DNA of 57,751 nt, counting the filler, from Squatina squatina (lineage: Eukaryota), in the NCBI GenBank assembly GCA_031763465.1. It is 3 parts of 3 records of this genome, joined end to end, with 100 filler letters (N's around TTAATTAATTAA, not from the genome) between each part and the next. Parts side by side here need not be neighbours in the genome. Positions count along the whole stretch, not along the records: positions 1 to 14,816 come from JARFOE010000004.1; 2 more parts are not named here. One strand, 5' to 3'. Positions 1 to 12,590 of the stretch are shown in pieces. The notes under the pieces are model-generated. The model was not told where the DNA came from. It did not search any database and was given only the letters and a program-made list of their open reading frames with translations. The position numbers and the translations under genes are program-made. How positions within the stretch are numbered: position 1 is the stretch's first letter; each line of letters opens with the position of its first letter.

Positions 1-194
1 GATGTGAGATAAAATCCCAAGACAATTCTAGCTCAGGTTTGTTAATCATTGCAATGGTCCCCCTCCTAAATTTAAGGCTGAAATTCTGGATGATGCTGTC
101 TGTTTGGAGCTGGACAAATGGTATTTCCCCCAAAGTTGCAGTATCGGCTGTCCAGAGCTTTGAGTCTGCTCTCTTAAGATCAAATTTTATAACA

Positions 195-285
195 GCAACA
201 ACTTGCATTTAGATAGCACCTTTAACACAGTAAAACATCCCAAGGTGCCTCATGGGAGAGATTATCATACAAAATTTGAAAATTT
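195..285 (-). mobile_element. L2-clade LINE 3' tail fragment
   Basis: Reverse complement of the tail seen at 44050-44147 and 48820-48912 (caacttgcatttagatagcacctttaac...aaacatcccaaggtgc). Confidence 0.7.
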
Positions 286-680
286 ATTGAGTCCATATTG
301 TAGTAAAGATATGTGGCAAAAAACACATTTTGCATTGGGGCAAATCTGGACAACCACTTTCCCCACTTATGTCTGGTGCTCGTTTTGTTTTAAAGTGCAC
401 TGTAAAGTAGGACATGGAGTCTATATTCAAGGGCCAACTCTGACACCTGACTGGTTTTTTACATTATTAAGATGGTATACTTGCTATGTCTATTGTGCTA
501 CATAATATTCTGCAGAAGAACGCAGCACTTGCAAGAAAATATACAAACACATCTTTAATTTAAAGTATATTACGTTTAAAATATATTTCTTACCTCGTGA
601 CCAAGGGAGGGAATGTCACTAGCAGGATATTAAAAATTCAGAGGCATTTCCACCCCATTGCTTATCCAAATTTCCAGCCT

Positions 681-694
681 GTTGCCATGGAAAC
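681..694. promoter_or_regulatory. RFX X-box motif
   Basis: GTTGCCATGGAAAC, one mismatch from the palindromic X-box GTTGCCATGGCAAC. Motif only; no functional evidence. Confidence 0.4.
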
Positions 695-3477
695 CCGCTG
701 ACAATAGGTTTAAATGGACTAATTAATATTTATTTGGTGATGCACATCTAGCAAGAAGTCACCACAAAAGCCTGCTCATTCATGTTGTGTTGTTTTCGCC
801 AGAGGTGGGTCTACCTCTGATGTTAGCCCTGTAATATAAATAGAGCCTCTGTCAGTACCACATTTTGTAGCATTCACTGTTTGAATATGGACATTTTAAA
901 GTTAATCACAGTTCTTTGTGAAAGAGTTAATATTCAAAAGGGTAATGATGGCAAGGCTCCTCTTTAACTGCTACAGCTCATTCGACTCTAAAGGGATGGG
1001 CTGACTGAGGAAAGCAGATTGCTGACTTGAATTGAAACACTAGAAGACAGCGATCCATGTAAAGAAAAAACTCTTTGTGGGAGAGAGTTACATTTAAAAT
1101 AGAGCTTTCTGGATCGTGCTGGAGCAGCAGATTTCCACTGCTGTCAAACTGCCACCAGCATTCTGATGCAGCAATCGTTATGAAGCAAGATACTTGATAC
1201 CTGGTCCTTCCCCACCCACTGTAACCCACCCCCAAGTCATTTTAGAGTCTGATATCACATAAATACTGAATGGCAATGTTGGAGTTCTCTGGATTGAATT
1301 AACCCATACATCCCGAGTGGCCAACGGAAATGGCATTTATCGAACAAGTCCTTGCGTTTGCGGCCCTCTGTCAGCACTTTAAACCTATGGAGAATTGCCA
1401 CCAGTGATACTTATAAAGACATCCACTAGTTCCTCCAATTACTACTGACGTCCAGAGACAGCTGTGCACTGCATTGTCCTTTTTATCCACACGAGAGGCA
1501 CTTGATGTCATGGCTTTTTGTNNNNNNNNNNNNNNNNNNNNNNNNNNNNNNNNNNNNNNNNNNNNNNNNNNNNNNNNNNNNNNNNNNNNNNNNNNNNNNN
1601 NNNNNNNNNNNNNNNNNNNNNGGTCGAGGTCAGGGCAGATTTAGGGGGAACTCCTCGAAAAGGAGCTTCCTGCCTTTGATCTTCAGTGAAGCGAATACAT
1701 GGCAGAAACTCTTTCTGACCATGCCATGCAGTGACCCAAAGATGCACACATCTTAAGAAACATAATACAAACTGACGTATCTGTTGCCAATGCAAAATGT
1801 GAGGGAGAAATATTTCCTATATATTATTAACACTGTAAACATAGTTAGGAAATTCCTTCTGATCAATATTTCTAGCAAAATCATATACATATTCTTTTAG
1901 AATGCTTTTTTGATTTTACCAGAGATAATGAACTGGGAAATCTATCAGTTATTTGACATTGTTGCAACCAGAGGAAATCTTTGTCCATGGACGATAACAT
2001 TGATGTTCCTTTGAAAATTCCATAAAATAATATAATTTTGCTGATGCAACTATGTATTTGAGAGCTTCCTCACTCTCGTCCCTCTTATCTGAACACCTCA
2101 GTATATTGCAGAGTTCAGTGCAAGTCATTTAAGTTGAACGTTGCCTTTTTATTGCTTGTGTAAATTAATAGTGGAATTATTTAGTTATACAATTGAGACT
2201 ATAAGTGTGTGTACTTCACTTCAAATGCAGGCAGGTGCTGCTTTCAGTTTGCCTTGAGATTCAGGTATTGCAAGGTGACTGCCAATTATGCACATTAATT
2301 ATATAGCACAGGACATTACATGAGAGTCTCCTCTACTCACCATGCAGATTGTATAACAGAAGAGAGAATTTACAGGGTGTATGTGAAGTACANNNNNNNN
2401 NNNNNNNNNNNNNNNNNNNNNNNNNNNNNNNNNNNNNNNNNNNNNNNNNNNNNNNNNNNNNNNNNNNNNNNNNNNNNNNNNNNNNNNNNNNNCTCTGCAA
2501 TGTCACATAATATGCTTGGATAATGTACAACTGAGATATCAGCATCACAGCTCACTTCAGACAAAGTACAGCACAGTAGTTCAGTCAAAAAAAAACATAC
2601 GTGTAAAGTGGTTTCAGACGCCGCAGTATAATTTTCATCTGCCTGAATTTGAATGTTAATGTCTTTCTACTCTGATTTGTAAATGGGGTTAGAGATTGAC
2701 ATTTGAGCCTCTCAGGTAACAATGACAGTAGAGTTCTGTGACCAGATCAAAGAAACAGACTGAAAGGAGATTTGACACGTTTCCCTCCTGCTGTTTAATA
2801 AGTGGTATCTGCCCCCTTCCAAAAGTTTCACAAAATGATGTTACTGTTGGCAAGGACTGCCGGTTTATGACGCTGCTCATTAACCTTTCCGATTCTAAGA
2901 GGAATATTTGATCACACAACAAGGCATGAAACCTCCAGAAACAATTTGACAAACACTAGCCTGAGCTTGTTCGATGCTTCAGTTCTTGATTCTTTGAAGG
3001 TGGCCCTGTTTACAGACTTTCTTTAACAACTAGCAGTCACTGTTGCAGACATAGTTGTAGCTCATCGCAATTCAATTGGGAATTGTTTCTCCTATCCCAA
3101 TGGCCATTGTGTGGACAAGAAAGAATAATGAACTAACTCAGGATGGACTGGGTAGATTAGTGTTACTTGTCCAACAAAAAGCATTCCTTAATTTAGTACC
3201 AGGAAATGAAGTCGAACAGTAGGAGAACAATTGGAAAAGAAAACGTTTGTTTAATGTGAAACTAGAAAAAGGATAATGAGTCAAAAAGGGTGTTGGACCA
3301 GAACAAGGTAAACTTCAGAGGTTTGGGGGAGTGGAAGAAAAGGATTGCGATAAGATCTGACAAAAAAATGACTAGGCAGCATTTTAGTTCCATGGAATAG
3401 GGAGAAAAATGTGTTAACTTAATAGGTGTTGCTTGGATTGAAGGGTGGTGTACCCACATATGAATGCTGGATCCATT

Positions 3478-3625
3478 TAGAAATAGAAACATAGAAAATA
3501 GGAGCCTGAGTAGGTCATTCGGCCCTTCGAGCCTGCTCCGCCATTCAATAGGATCATGGCTGATCATCCAAATTCATACTCTGTTCCTGCTGTCTCTCCA
3601 TATCCTTTGATCCCTTTAGCCAAAA
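3478..3625 (-). mobile_element. CR1-type LINE/SINE 3' end
   Basis: tagaaacatagaaaataggagc...ggcccttcgagcctgctccgccattcaat..gatcatggctgatc; the same motif occurs at 11040-11127(+), 16572, 26362 and 42200. Confidence 0.8.
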
Positions 3626-3644
3626 TAAGTATATATAACACAAA

Positions 3645-3833
3645 CAAAAAAATACTGGAAAAACTCAGCAGGTCAGGCAGCATCTGTGGAGAGAAAAACA
3701 GAGTCAACATTTCGATGACCCTTCGTCAGAACTGAAAAAAGCCAGAAATACAGCACGTTTTAAAGCACTGACAGGCAAAGGGGTGGGGGGTGGGAGGGGA
3801 GAGGGAAGGACAAAGGGTAACATAATAGTGTGA
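3645..3833 (-). mobile_element. Penelope-like element terminal repeat fragment with degenerate hammerhead core
   Basis: Minus strand reads agttCTGACGAagggtcatcGAAAtgttgactctg...ctccacagatgctgcctgacctgctgag; homologous to 15235-15332. Confidence 0.6.
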
Positions 3834-5194
3834 NNNNNNNNNNNNNNNNNNNNNNNNNNNNNNNNNNNNNNNNNNNNNNNNNNNNNNNNNNNNNNNNNNN
3901 NNNNNNNNNNNNNNNNNNNNNNNNNNNNNNNNNGGAAATTATGCTGCTTGTAATGGATTATGGGGTGTGAAAGACTCAGTGAAAGTGAATTATGAACTCT
4001 TTGACATGAGTGAAATAAACCCTTTAATTTACCACAGCTAGGGCAATGTTCTTTTCCTATTCTGCATTCATAGCATCTTTCACTGAAAAGCTATTAAACT
4101 GGCAGAATTTCCATTTCGCACAGTCTTTCATTGAGTGCGCCTCATACAGTTGCTTTTTTATGTTTTTGTGTTATTTCCCATGTGTAAATTGTCAATGTTA
4201 TTTTTACTGCAGTGAAATAACAGTTCCACGAGCAGTGAGAAGACCAGCTGGAAACACAGAATAATAAACTGTGAACCTTGCTCTGAGCCACCATTGCCTG
4301 GAGGCATGATGAGTATTCCCAGTCCATTTTAGGAAAGAATCCAATGACCTCACATTGAGGAATAAGGCAGTGCTGCAATCTACCTGTGTGGCTGAACAGG
4401 ACATTAACTTGCAGCACATGTTAAATATGTATTTGGGGCTGTTTGACACATTGTTGATTGAAGTCGAGTTACTATAAACAGTAAGGAATCAGATTTGATT
4501 CAGATCAATGTGTTCTGGTTTATGGCATCACAAAAACTGTTCAAATAAATTACTCATTCCTACGTGTGTTAATTATTCCATATTAGCAGTAGAGCAGTCA
4601 GCACTGAGAGAGTCCAAATCGATCATTTTAAAGCAGTGTTATTGACTATCAGCAAAGTCCTGGTTGTGTTGAGAACAGAAGCAGAAACTAAAGTGAAACT
4701 GAAAAACATTTTACAGAAACAAAAGTGAAAATAAAAGATGTTTTCCAGGAAATTGAAACTGAAACTAGCTTCTTGTTATAAATACCCGGGGACCCACAAG
4801 CACTCTCAGAGATGAGAAAGGAATGGAAAGGAGAGAAAGGTCAGGAAAAGAGAGAAGGGACAAAAACAGGAGGACAGAAGAGAAGGAACAGGAGGTGAAG
4901 GAAGACACAAGAAGGCATCAGCAAAGCAAGGATGAAAGAGAGAAAGCAAGTAGTAATCAGCTCTGCTGGGTGCAAAAGTCAGTTTCTACAAAGAAAGAAA
5001 GAGAACAGGATTTGCCTCAGTGACCGATAAGTAACAATGTCTGATGACCTAATTTATGGTTATAGTGTCTTGCTTAGTAATCAAAAGATTCTTTTGCTTG
5101 AAATTTAAAGTATTTGAGAGGTTTGTACCCAGTAGGTTATATGTAAGGTCAAGAACTCACGGAGGGATAGTAAGGTAATCCCTAAAAACCCTAC

Positions 5195-5634
5195 AGCCAT
5201 GTGTCTGCCCATTTTACCAGTCTGTCTATGTCTGTTACCATCCTCTTCATTGAACACTACATTTCCAAGTTTTGTATCATCTGCAGACTTTGAAATTATG
5301 CTCTGTATATGCAAATGAAAGTTATTAATATATAAAAATGAGCAGTGGCCCTCATACCAACCCCTGGGAACACCACTGTGTACTTCCCTCCAGATTGAAA
5401 AAAGACATTTGCCACTACTCTGTTTTTTGTCCTGTAGCCAATTTTTCATCCATGCTGTCACTGTCCATATAATCCTGTGGCCTTTAATTTTGCTACCAAG
5501 TCCATTATGTGGCATTTTGTCCAATGCCTTTGAAAGTTCATAGACACAACCTCAACTGTACTACCCCCATCAACCCTCTCCGTTCCCACATCAAGGTACG
5601 CGCTCAAGTTCGTTCAACACAATTTGCCGTTGAC
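5195..5634 (-). mobile_element. CR1 LINE ORF2 (RT) fragment, degenerate
   Basis: Translation includes WMKNWL..., VHSGVPRG and SKSADDTKLG, corresponding to the CR1 RT motifs SGVPQG and KFADDTKL. Confidence 0.85.
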
Positions 5635-5754
5635 AAATCCGGGCTGAGGGTGTTNNNNNNNNNNNNNNNNNNNNNNNNNNNNNNNNNNNNNNNNNNNNNN
5701 NNNNNNNNNNNNNNNNNNNNNNNNNNNNNNNNNNNNNNNNNNNNNNNNNNNNNN

Positions 5755-6115
5755 CAACCGTTCACCACTAATCTGTTTCCTGTCACTTAGCCAATTTCAT
5801 ATCCATGCTGCCACTATCCCTTTTATTCCATGGGCTTCAACTTTGCTGGCAAGCCTATTATGTGGCACTTTATCAACTGCCTTTTGGAAGTCCATGTACA
5901 CCACATCAAACGCATTATCCTCAACAATCCTCTCTGTTACATCATCAAAAACTTGATCAAGTTAGTTAAACACGATTCGCCTTTAACAAAATCCGTGCCA
6001 GCTTTCTTTAATTGTCCAGGTGACTGTTAATTTTGTCCCATTTCTAGAAGCTTCCCCACTACCGAGGTTAGACTGACTGGCCTGTAGTTGCTGGGTTTAT
6101 CCTTACACCCTTTTC
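5755..6115 (-). mobile_element. CR1 LINE ORF2 fragment
   Basis: Reverse complement of the NYRPVSLTSVVGKLLE and DVVYMDFQKA regions (gttagactgactggcctgtagtt; ttttggaagtccatgtacaccacatc). Confidence 0.85.
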
Positions 6116-7402
6116 GAGTTGTAGTTTGGAGGTAACATGAATACTTGGCTGGTTTAGAAAGGCTTGTTCCCTTAAAAAATAATTAAGCCTGCAGCACTGA
6201 GCTTTGCATCTGTTTGACCTGGGTTCAGCTGTGCAATTTTATAGACAGAGTGATAGTGAATAAAGTGAGGGGAATCCATGCTTATTCAAGGCCAGAGCAG
6301 TTTTTGATTCCAGTGGTTTGAAGAGTTTCAGATTCATTAGCTTTGCTGAAAAATAGCCAGCAAATGCTTCAGTATCATCAAAGAACATTCTCTGTCTGAA
6401 AGATATGTCAGTGTTCTGCAAACTTTTCAAGGCTGTATCCCAGGAAACAGATGGATTTCAGAAGCTTAGAAGCAGTATTGTTGTCAAGAATTTCTATCTT
6501 ACAAGCCAAGAATTCCTGTGTACAAACAATGGCTAGTTTAGAGAATCAAAAATGGAGCCTGTTGCAATTTGGACAATAAAGACAGTCTTGGCGAGTTTCA
6601 ACATTGCGAACTTCAAGCCTTGCAGTCAGAAATTCCTGAAAACAATGGTCCTCTAATCTGCACTAAATGCCTTTGAAGGTACACTGTGTTACACAGCACT
6701 ATGTGGAATGGGATTTTGCCCTATTTANNNNNNNNNNNNNNNNNNNNNNNNNNNNNNNNNNNNNNNNNNNNNNNNNNNNNNNNNNNNNNNNNNNNNNNNN
6801 NNNNNNNNNNNNNNNNNNNNNNNNNNNGCTCTGCTGTTCTTTGGTGTTCTTTAATTAGGATCATGAGCCATGGCTGAAAATTGACAGCCATGCATTCGTT
6901 CTTGTGGGACTTTTATATAACACAGCCACCGTGAACTGCTGTGTAATAAAATAATCATGGTTGCTCCCCAGATAATGGGCATCAATTTGCAGGATTATAT
7001 TTCTGTGGTCAAAAACACCTGCATATTTATGGTGTGGTATCCTTGCCTATTCATGTACACCCTGGACTCTTGAGACTCTTTTTCCAAGTGTTAAAAGTCC
7101 TGTGTGCTTTGCCGATGGTGTCCCCTTTCCACTAGGGAAATGATAAATATAGTGTCAGACATTTATACTATACAGCTATGAACTGCAAAGCAGTGTATCT
7201 GGCAGATGTCCCCTGCAGTGGTCTGGAAGGATCCTATTGCATAGAAGCTTAATGCTGTAGTAACCTTCACACCTATGGGAAAAATGATCCCAATCTTTGA
7301 TTCTCTCTATGAAATGGCATAACTCGATCACTACCTTTGCAGTAAAGTGGAGACAGTGAAGACAGTCTTTCCCTTATGTACCCAGGTAGGGGTGGCATAG
7401 AC

Positions 7403-7802
7403 TGTTATGTATTGACATTGAGAGTGCACATTGAGAGTTGAGCTGGGTGTGTACCAGCTACTGTAGTCACCTAATGTTGTAACCCCTCCCTGCCTATGTA
7501 TGTATATAAAGAGAACTCCACCCTGAGATCAGCAGGACAATGCCTGGAGAAGCCAGGAGTGGGATGTCCTACCAAAGAGTGTATGTACTGGCTAGGCCCA
7601 GTCTGAGGCTAGCCTAGTGTTCTGTAAATATGTAAATACAAAGTTACTTGTTATGAAGTTGTGCTGACTCCATCATTCTGTGAGCAGCCCCCAACAACCC
7701 ACAAACATAAAACTGGCGATGAGGATGGGATTCGAACCCAGACCCATTAAGGAGGGAGAAGATCTGAAGAATGAAACAGAACTGCAGGAAAGGAAACCCG
7801 GT
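7403..7802 (+). mobile_element. LTR retrotransposon (Gypsy-like) 5' LTR, PBS and start of internal region, cut by a gap
   Basis: LTR 7403-7712 starts TGTTATG and ends CATAAAA (near-inverted termini) and has TATATAAA at 7503. It is followed at 7714-7740 by TGGCGATGAGGATGGGATTCGAACCCA, complementary to the 3' end of tRNA-Ser(GCT). Confidence 0.8.
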
Positions 7803-8850
7803 NNNNNNNNNNNNNNNNNNNNNNNNNNNNNNNNNNNNNNNNNNNNNNNNNNNNNNNNNNNNNNNNNNNNNNNNNNNNNNNNNNNNNNNNNNNNNNNNNN
7901 NNTGTATGTAAAAGCGACCTGCTGCCAATCTCTGACAGTGCTGCACTGCCCTTAACCACCAGTAATTGTAATTTTATGTTTACTTTGTGGGGTACACCAG
8001 CAGCAACAGATAAAAATGTACAGTTGTTGAAAATCCTGACTTTTTTGCTTTTTCCTCTCCCGAAGGCTGGGAAGCCTGTATGGTCCATCAGTGGGAAGAC
8101 AGTATTGTTTCCTCTACAGGTGGGTGGCATCCAACAGCACTATCAGGTAGTCTTGATTGCAGCCTTGAGACCACTTAATTTTCCATAAAAGCTGCACAAC
8201 AGCAGTCCAGTAGATTCACCCACCAATTTATCTTTTTTTCTCCTGTGGGGGAGTGGCTAATCTCCATTTGTTTCCTTCCCAACATACTGACTGAGGCTGG
8301 GAATCACAAGGGTCATGAATCAGCGTCAGTACAGCAACCCCCTGCATCGCCAGGCCGCCCTGGGCACTGAGCTTTTATGTTACACCATCCTTTTTACTTT
8401 CCATTGGAATGTAGAGCAGGGTACGTGAACGTAGATTGTTCCTCTTTGAATATCAGTCATTATTTTATCCTGATCCTTTTGAATTTTAGTGGCAACCCAG
8501 GAAAAAAAATGTTGACTAAATCCAGAAGAACTATTTTGTGACTGCTTTTGTCTAGCATCTCCCTCCATTGGCTGTGTTGCTGTTCATCTTACACAGAACA
8601 CGACTGAGAGGCCAGAATTGCAAACAGGAGTCTGCCATCTAGAGCAGCCTCCGCTACATGGCACATTACAGCAGATAGAAACAGTCTTGACCTTTGAGTG
8701 CCGAGCACTTCCCGGCTACTTCACAATTAAGTATCGATGGGGAGGGATTTTGAAAACTAATCTTCTGAAATGAATATTTTTCAATTTGGCTTAATTTTAA
8801 CATCATAGCAGTACACTATCTTACTGAGAATCCCTGCTCTTAAGTCCTCC

Positions 8851-8895
8851 AACACAGACAGACACACGCACACACACACACACTCACGCACACAG
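8851..8895. repeat. (CA)n-type microsatellite, imperfect
   Basis: acacagacagacacacgcacacacacacacactcacgcacacag. Confidence 0.8.
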
Positions 8896-11009
8896 ATGTC
8901 AGTGGCTGAAGGATTTGAAATTTATGAAGATGACCTGAATCTGACACGCATTTCAGAGATACTGTACACTGCACCATAGTCGCAGGTCACATTTTTACCT
9001 TTTAGTTTTCTAAACCACTGAGACAGGTGGGGTTGATAAAGGCTGGAGGCCCTCTTTACAGCTGACAGTCTACAGTACATGGAAATGATAACATAGGGAA
9101 GATTATATATGTAGTTTTGCCCACAGGAGCTCCCAGGAATTAACTAGACATCGGAGCTGTCAGACTCCCATTCTATGCCAAGGACACTGACAAAAGATTT
9201 TTGCAAATGAGCCTTTAAATCCCTTAGCAGTCAATGCATAATGCGTGAAAGAATGTGGGTAAGTACAAAAGGCAATATTCACAGCATATCACAGGGTGAT
9301 GGATAGGAATTGACACATGAACCTGGGTTTGTTGTTGTTGGACCGAGTGGGCAGCGGACTCCAGCTGAGACCCCCAAGCCCTCTCTCTATAGCCTCGTTT
9401 ACATTAAAGCTGTACATTTGCATTTGTTGTGAATTTACAGCTGATTACCATCCAGGCCCTCGTATGCAAATAGCACAATGTTTGTTCCACCTTCACATGC
9501 TTTTAAGAGTGGACCTTAAACAAATAGGATTCACCTCAGGCTGGTGAAATACAAAACAAAACAAGAAAAAATAAAATCGCATTCCAACCCTAGAATTTCT
9601 CAAGCTCACTAACTGGCATTTGCATCAAGCAGTGATAAATAATCTTGTCCAGCCCATGTTCTGGTTCACAGCAAAGAGGCACAGACCTGGGAACTTTGGG
9701 ATGTGGCTCACTCTAAGGTCCTGATGAACGGGGTGTTATGGATGAGTAAATTGTAGTTATTGCTCTCAGAATGGTTATGAAGTTTAGGGTGAATCAAAAA
9801 CAGGCAGATGTTGGATCATTTGATCTAGGAGAGAATTGCTAAACGTCACTCACAGAACAACAACTTCTCATTGTAATTTAAGATTGTGCAGCAGAACTGG
9901 GAAAAAAAACTCAACTACAACTTAAGTTAACCCTGGTGTGGAAAGGCTGGGAAGAGTCAAAACAAAAAGCGTGTTTAATAAAAGATANNNNNNNNNNNNN
10001 NNNNNNNNNNNNNNNNNNNNNNNNNNNNNNNNNNNNNNNNNNNNNNNNNNNNNNNNNNNNNNNNNNNNNNNNNNNNNNNNNNNNNNNGCTGCTTAAGACG
10101 AGATCACTCCACAGTAAACTTGAACCCACTGACTATGGCAGTTCGCCAACTTCCTGCCTTTTCAATGCAGGTACATGACAGTTGGACAGAAACAATGAAG
10201 CACAGTTTTGGCACTGAATGCTTTTTTCATTCATTGGTTCCGCTGTGGTAATTATGTCATATTCTAAAGGTTCTTTGTCTTAAATGTGTAATTAAGTAAA
10301 ACCTTAGCAATAGGTTAAAAGACAAATTCATCAGAACTTTTAATCACATTTCAAACGAGGTATTTGTTCTTCACCTGAAAAAATGCTCACATGAGATGAC
10401 AGGCTATTTAGTGAACTTTCAGCAAGGGCAAAGGGGTTAAAACCAGCCTTTCCAATCTCAGGGTTATATATTAACAGACTGAAACTACACATTACATTTC
10501 CTAGTCTTCACCTCTGCCCCCCACTTGATGGACTAGCAGATTGCTGTGCAGCACAAAGTTGATAGAATAATTAACCCTCAATTGAGCAAATTATAACTGT
10601 GCTTGCTATGATTCAATAATGACACGTGCTAATTGGATTCCTCAACTTTTTGATTCAGATATCCATAGTCAGGTGGGTCACAGGCGCACTGCATTGGACA
10701 ATCATTTTTAAAGATGTGCTCACTATCTTCATCAAAACCTGCAAACGTTTTCCTTTTTTGGGGAAGGGGATAAGTCAGAAAATCTGTGTGTTGTTTTATG
10801 ATGGTGATGCCATGAGAAGTGATGTGATGTTGCAATTTAACCCATTTCATATATTGAGCTCTGTGCTTGTAAACAAAGGGGAAGAGGTCTGTCAAACACG
10901 TTTTCATGANNNNNNNNNNNNNNNNNNNNNNNNNNNNNNNNNNNNNNNNNNNNNNNNNNNNNNNNNNNNNNNNNNNNNNNNNNNNNNNNNNNNNNNNNNN
11001 NNNNNNNNN

Positions 11010-11127
11010 GGGGAGAAGGCAGGAAGGTGGACTTGAGGAAAGTCGGATCAGCCATGATCCAATTGAATGGCGGAGCGGGCTCGACGGGCCGAATGGCCTA
11101 CTCCTGCCCTACTTCTTATGGTCTTAC
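11010..11127 (+). mobile_element. CR1 LINE 3' end
   Basis: gatcagccatgatccaattgaatggcggagcgggctcgacgggccgaatggcctactcctgccc...cttatggtcttac. Confidence 0.8.
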
Positions 11128-12229
11128 TTCAGGGCCATTGTCAGTGAGGTAGGCGGCCTAAATTAGAGAGTGTGGCTAATGGTTGCAATGAGGCCCAACG
11201 AGCCTCGGGCCTTCAGGCTCTGCCGAGCGCCGCATGCCCTCTGTAAAATGGGCCGAAACCGTTTCCCTTTTCGCCCTAATATCTTCGAGGGAGTTGCTGA
11301 ATCATACCCAGAAGAGCCAACAGCAAAAAGAGAGATAGCATGTGTCAGGAGTGAGCACATTCAATTTAAACTCTAAATTGAAAAGGCGCTTCCAGAGATG
11401 ACGAAAGAGAGAGAAAGAGAGAGACGAGAAGGTTTGGGAGATTTTGCCAAAGGCAGTCTGGAAAGTTGAAGAGTGGCCCTTGTCACGCAGCTCATTAGAG
11501 GCGACACACTGGCCATGAGGAGGACCCATCTATCTAGGGCTCAGTGCTCAGCGTGAGGGAACTGCCGTAGATTGCCACTGATTCCTGCACCAAGCACGGC
11601 CCCTGCTGTACCGAGAAAAGGCTCGTCTTTTAACACTCTTAAAACTGGCATTCACGGAACAGCAGGATAGTCCATGGGGCTTTCCTCCTGGAGCATCTGC
11701 ACGCTTCTCCTGTTGTAGCTTAAAGACAGATTAAAGGATAATGTAATTCCTCCCCCACCCCTGTCCCCGCCTCTGACCCTTCATTCACTTCCCTGATGTT
11801 TCTCATGCACGTATCGGGGCTGCAAATGTCTAGTTTGGTGCAAATACCCATACACAGGATAGCCATTTTGTCCTTAATAAGACAATGAGCAAAGCTCCAT
11901 ATTACGTCCATTGAACACGAGGAGCACCCCTCTGGTTAAAAAAAAAACACCCCAAGTCGCTTAAAAGGGGCAGGAAGAAAAACCCGACACTGAGCTAAAG
12001 GAAAGATCAAGAGGGAGGGAAAAGTGGGGTGGAATTAAAGCTTGGTCCAAGTTGTGGGTTGTAAGGAGGTGAGAGTGTGGGAGAGCTGGGAGGAAAGCCC
12101 AGCGGGTGGTTGAAGGGACAGGGAGACGGACAAAAGACAAGCGGATTCGGAGCAACAAAGTTTTGCACTGTGATGGAAAGTTGCAGTTCGACACATCTTG
12201 TTCTTCGAGTAAGGATCATTTATGTTTTT

Positions 12230-12590
12230 GCATAGAATTACATAAAACCTACTGCACAGGCCGGCCATTTGACCCAGCTGGTCCACACGAGCCGCCTCCC
12301 ACTCATCATCTCTCAGCCTATCAGCATGTCCTTCTATTCCTTTCTCCCTCATGTATTTATCTTGCTTCCCCTTAAACGCATCTCTGCTGTTCGCCTCAAC
12401 CACTTCCTGTGGGAGCGAGTTCCACATTCTCCCCACTCTCTGGGTAAAGACGTTTCTCTGGAATTCCCTATCAGATTGATTAGTGACTGTCTTGTATTTG
12501 GTCTCCCCCACAAGTGGAAACATCTTCTCTATGTCTAACCCTGTCGAACCCCTTCATTTTAAAGATCTCGATCAGGCCGCCCTCTCATTC
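12230..12590 (-). mobile_element. CR1 LINE ORF2 C-terminus and 3' UTR
   Basis: MFPLVGET...RNVFTQRVGRMWNSLPQEVVEA...KYMREKGIEG; same family as 44520-44835. Confidence 0.85.

Noticed and set aside
594-678. Minus-strand segment bounded by caacag/ and /gtaag
   Set aside because: Stop codons in all three frames; no recognisable product.
4823-5023. Charged E/K/R-rich ORF
   Set aside because: Purine-rich low-complexity sequence without splice signals or recognisable homology.
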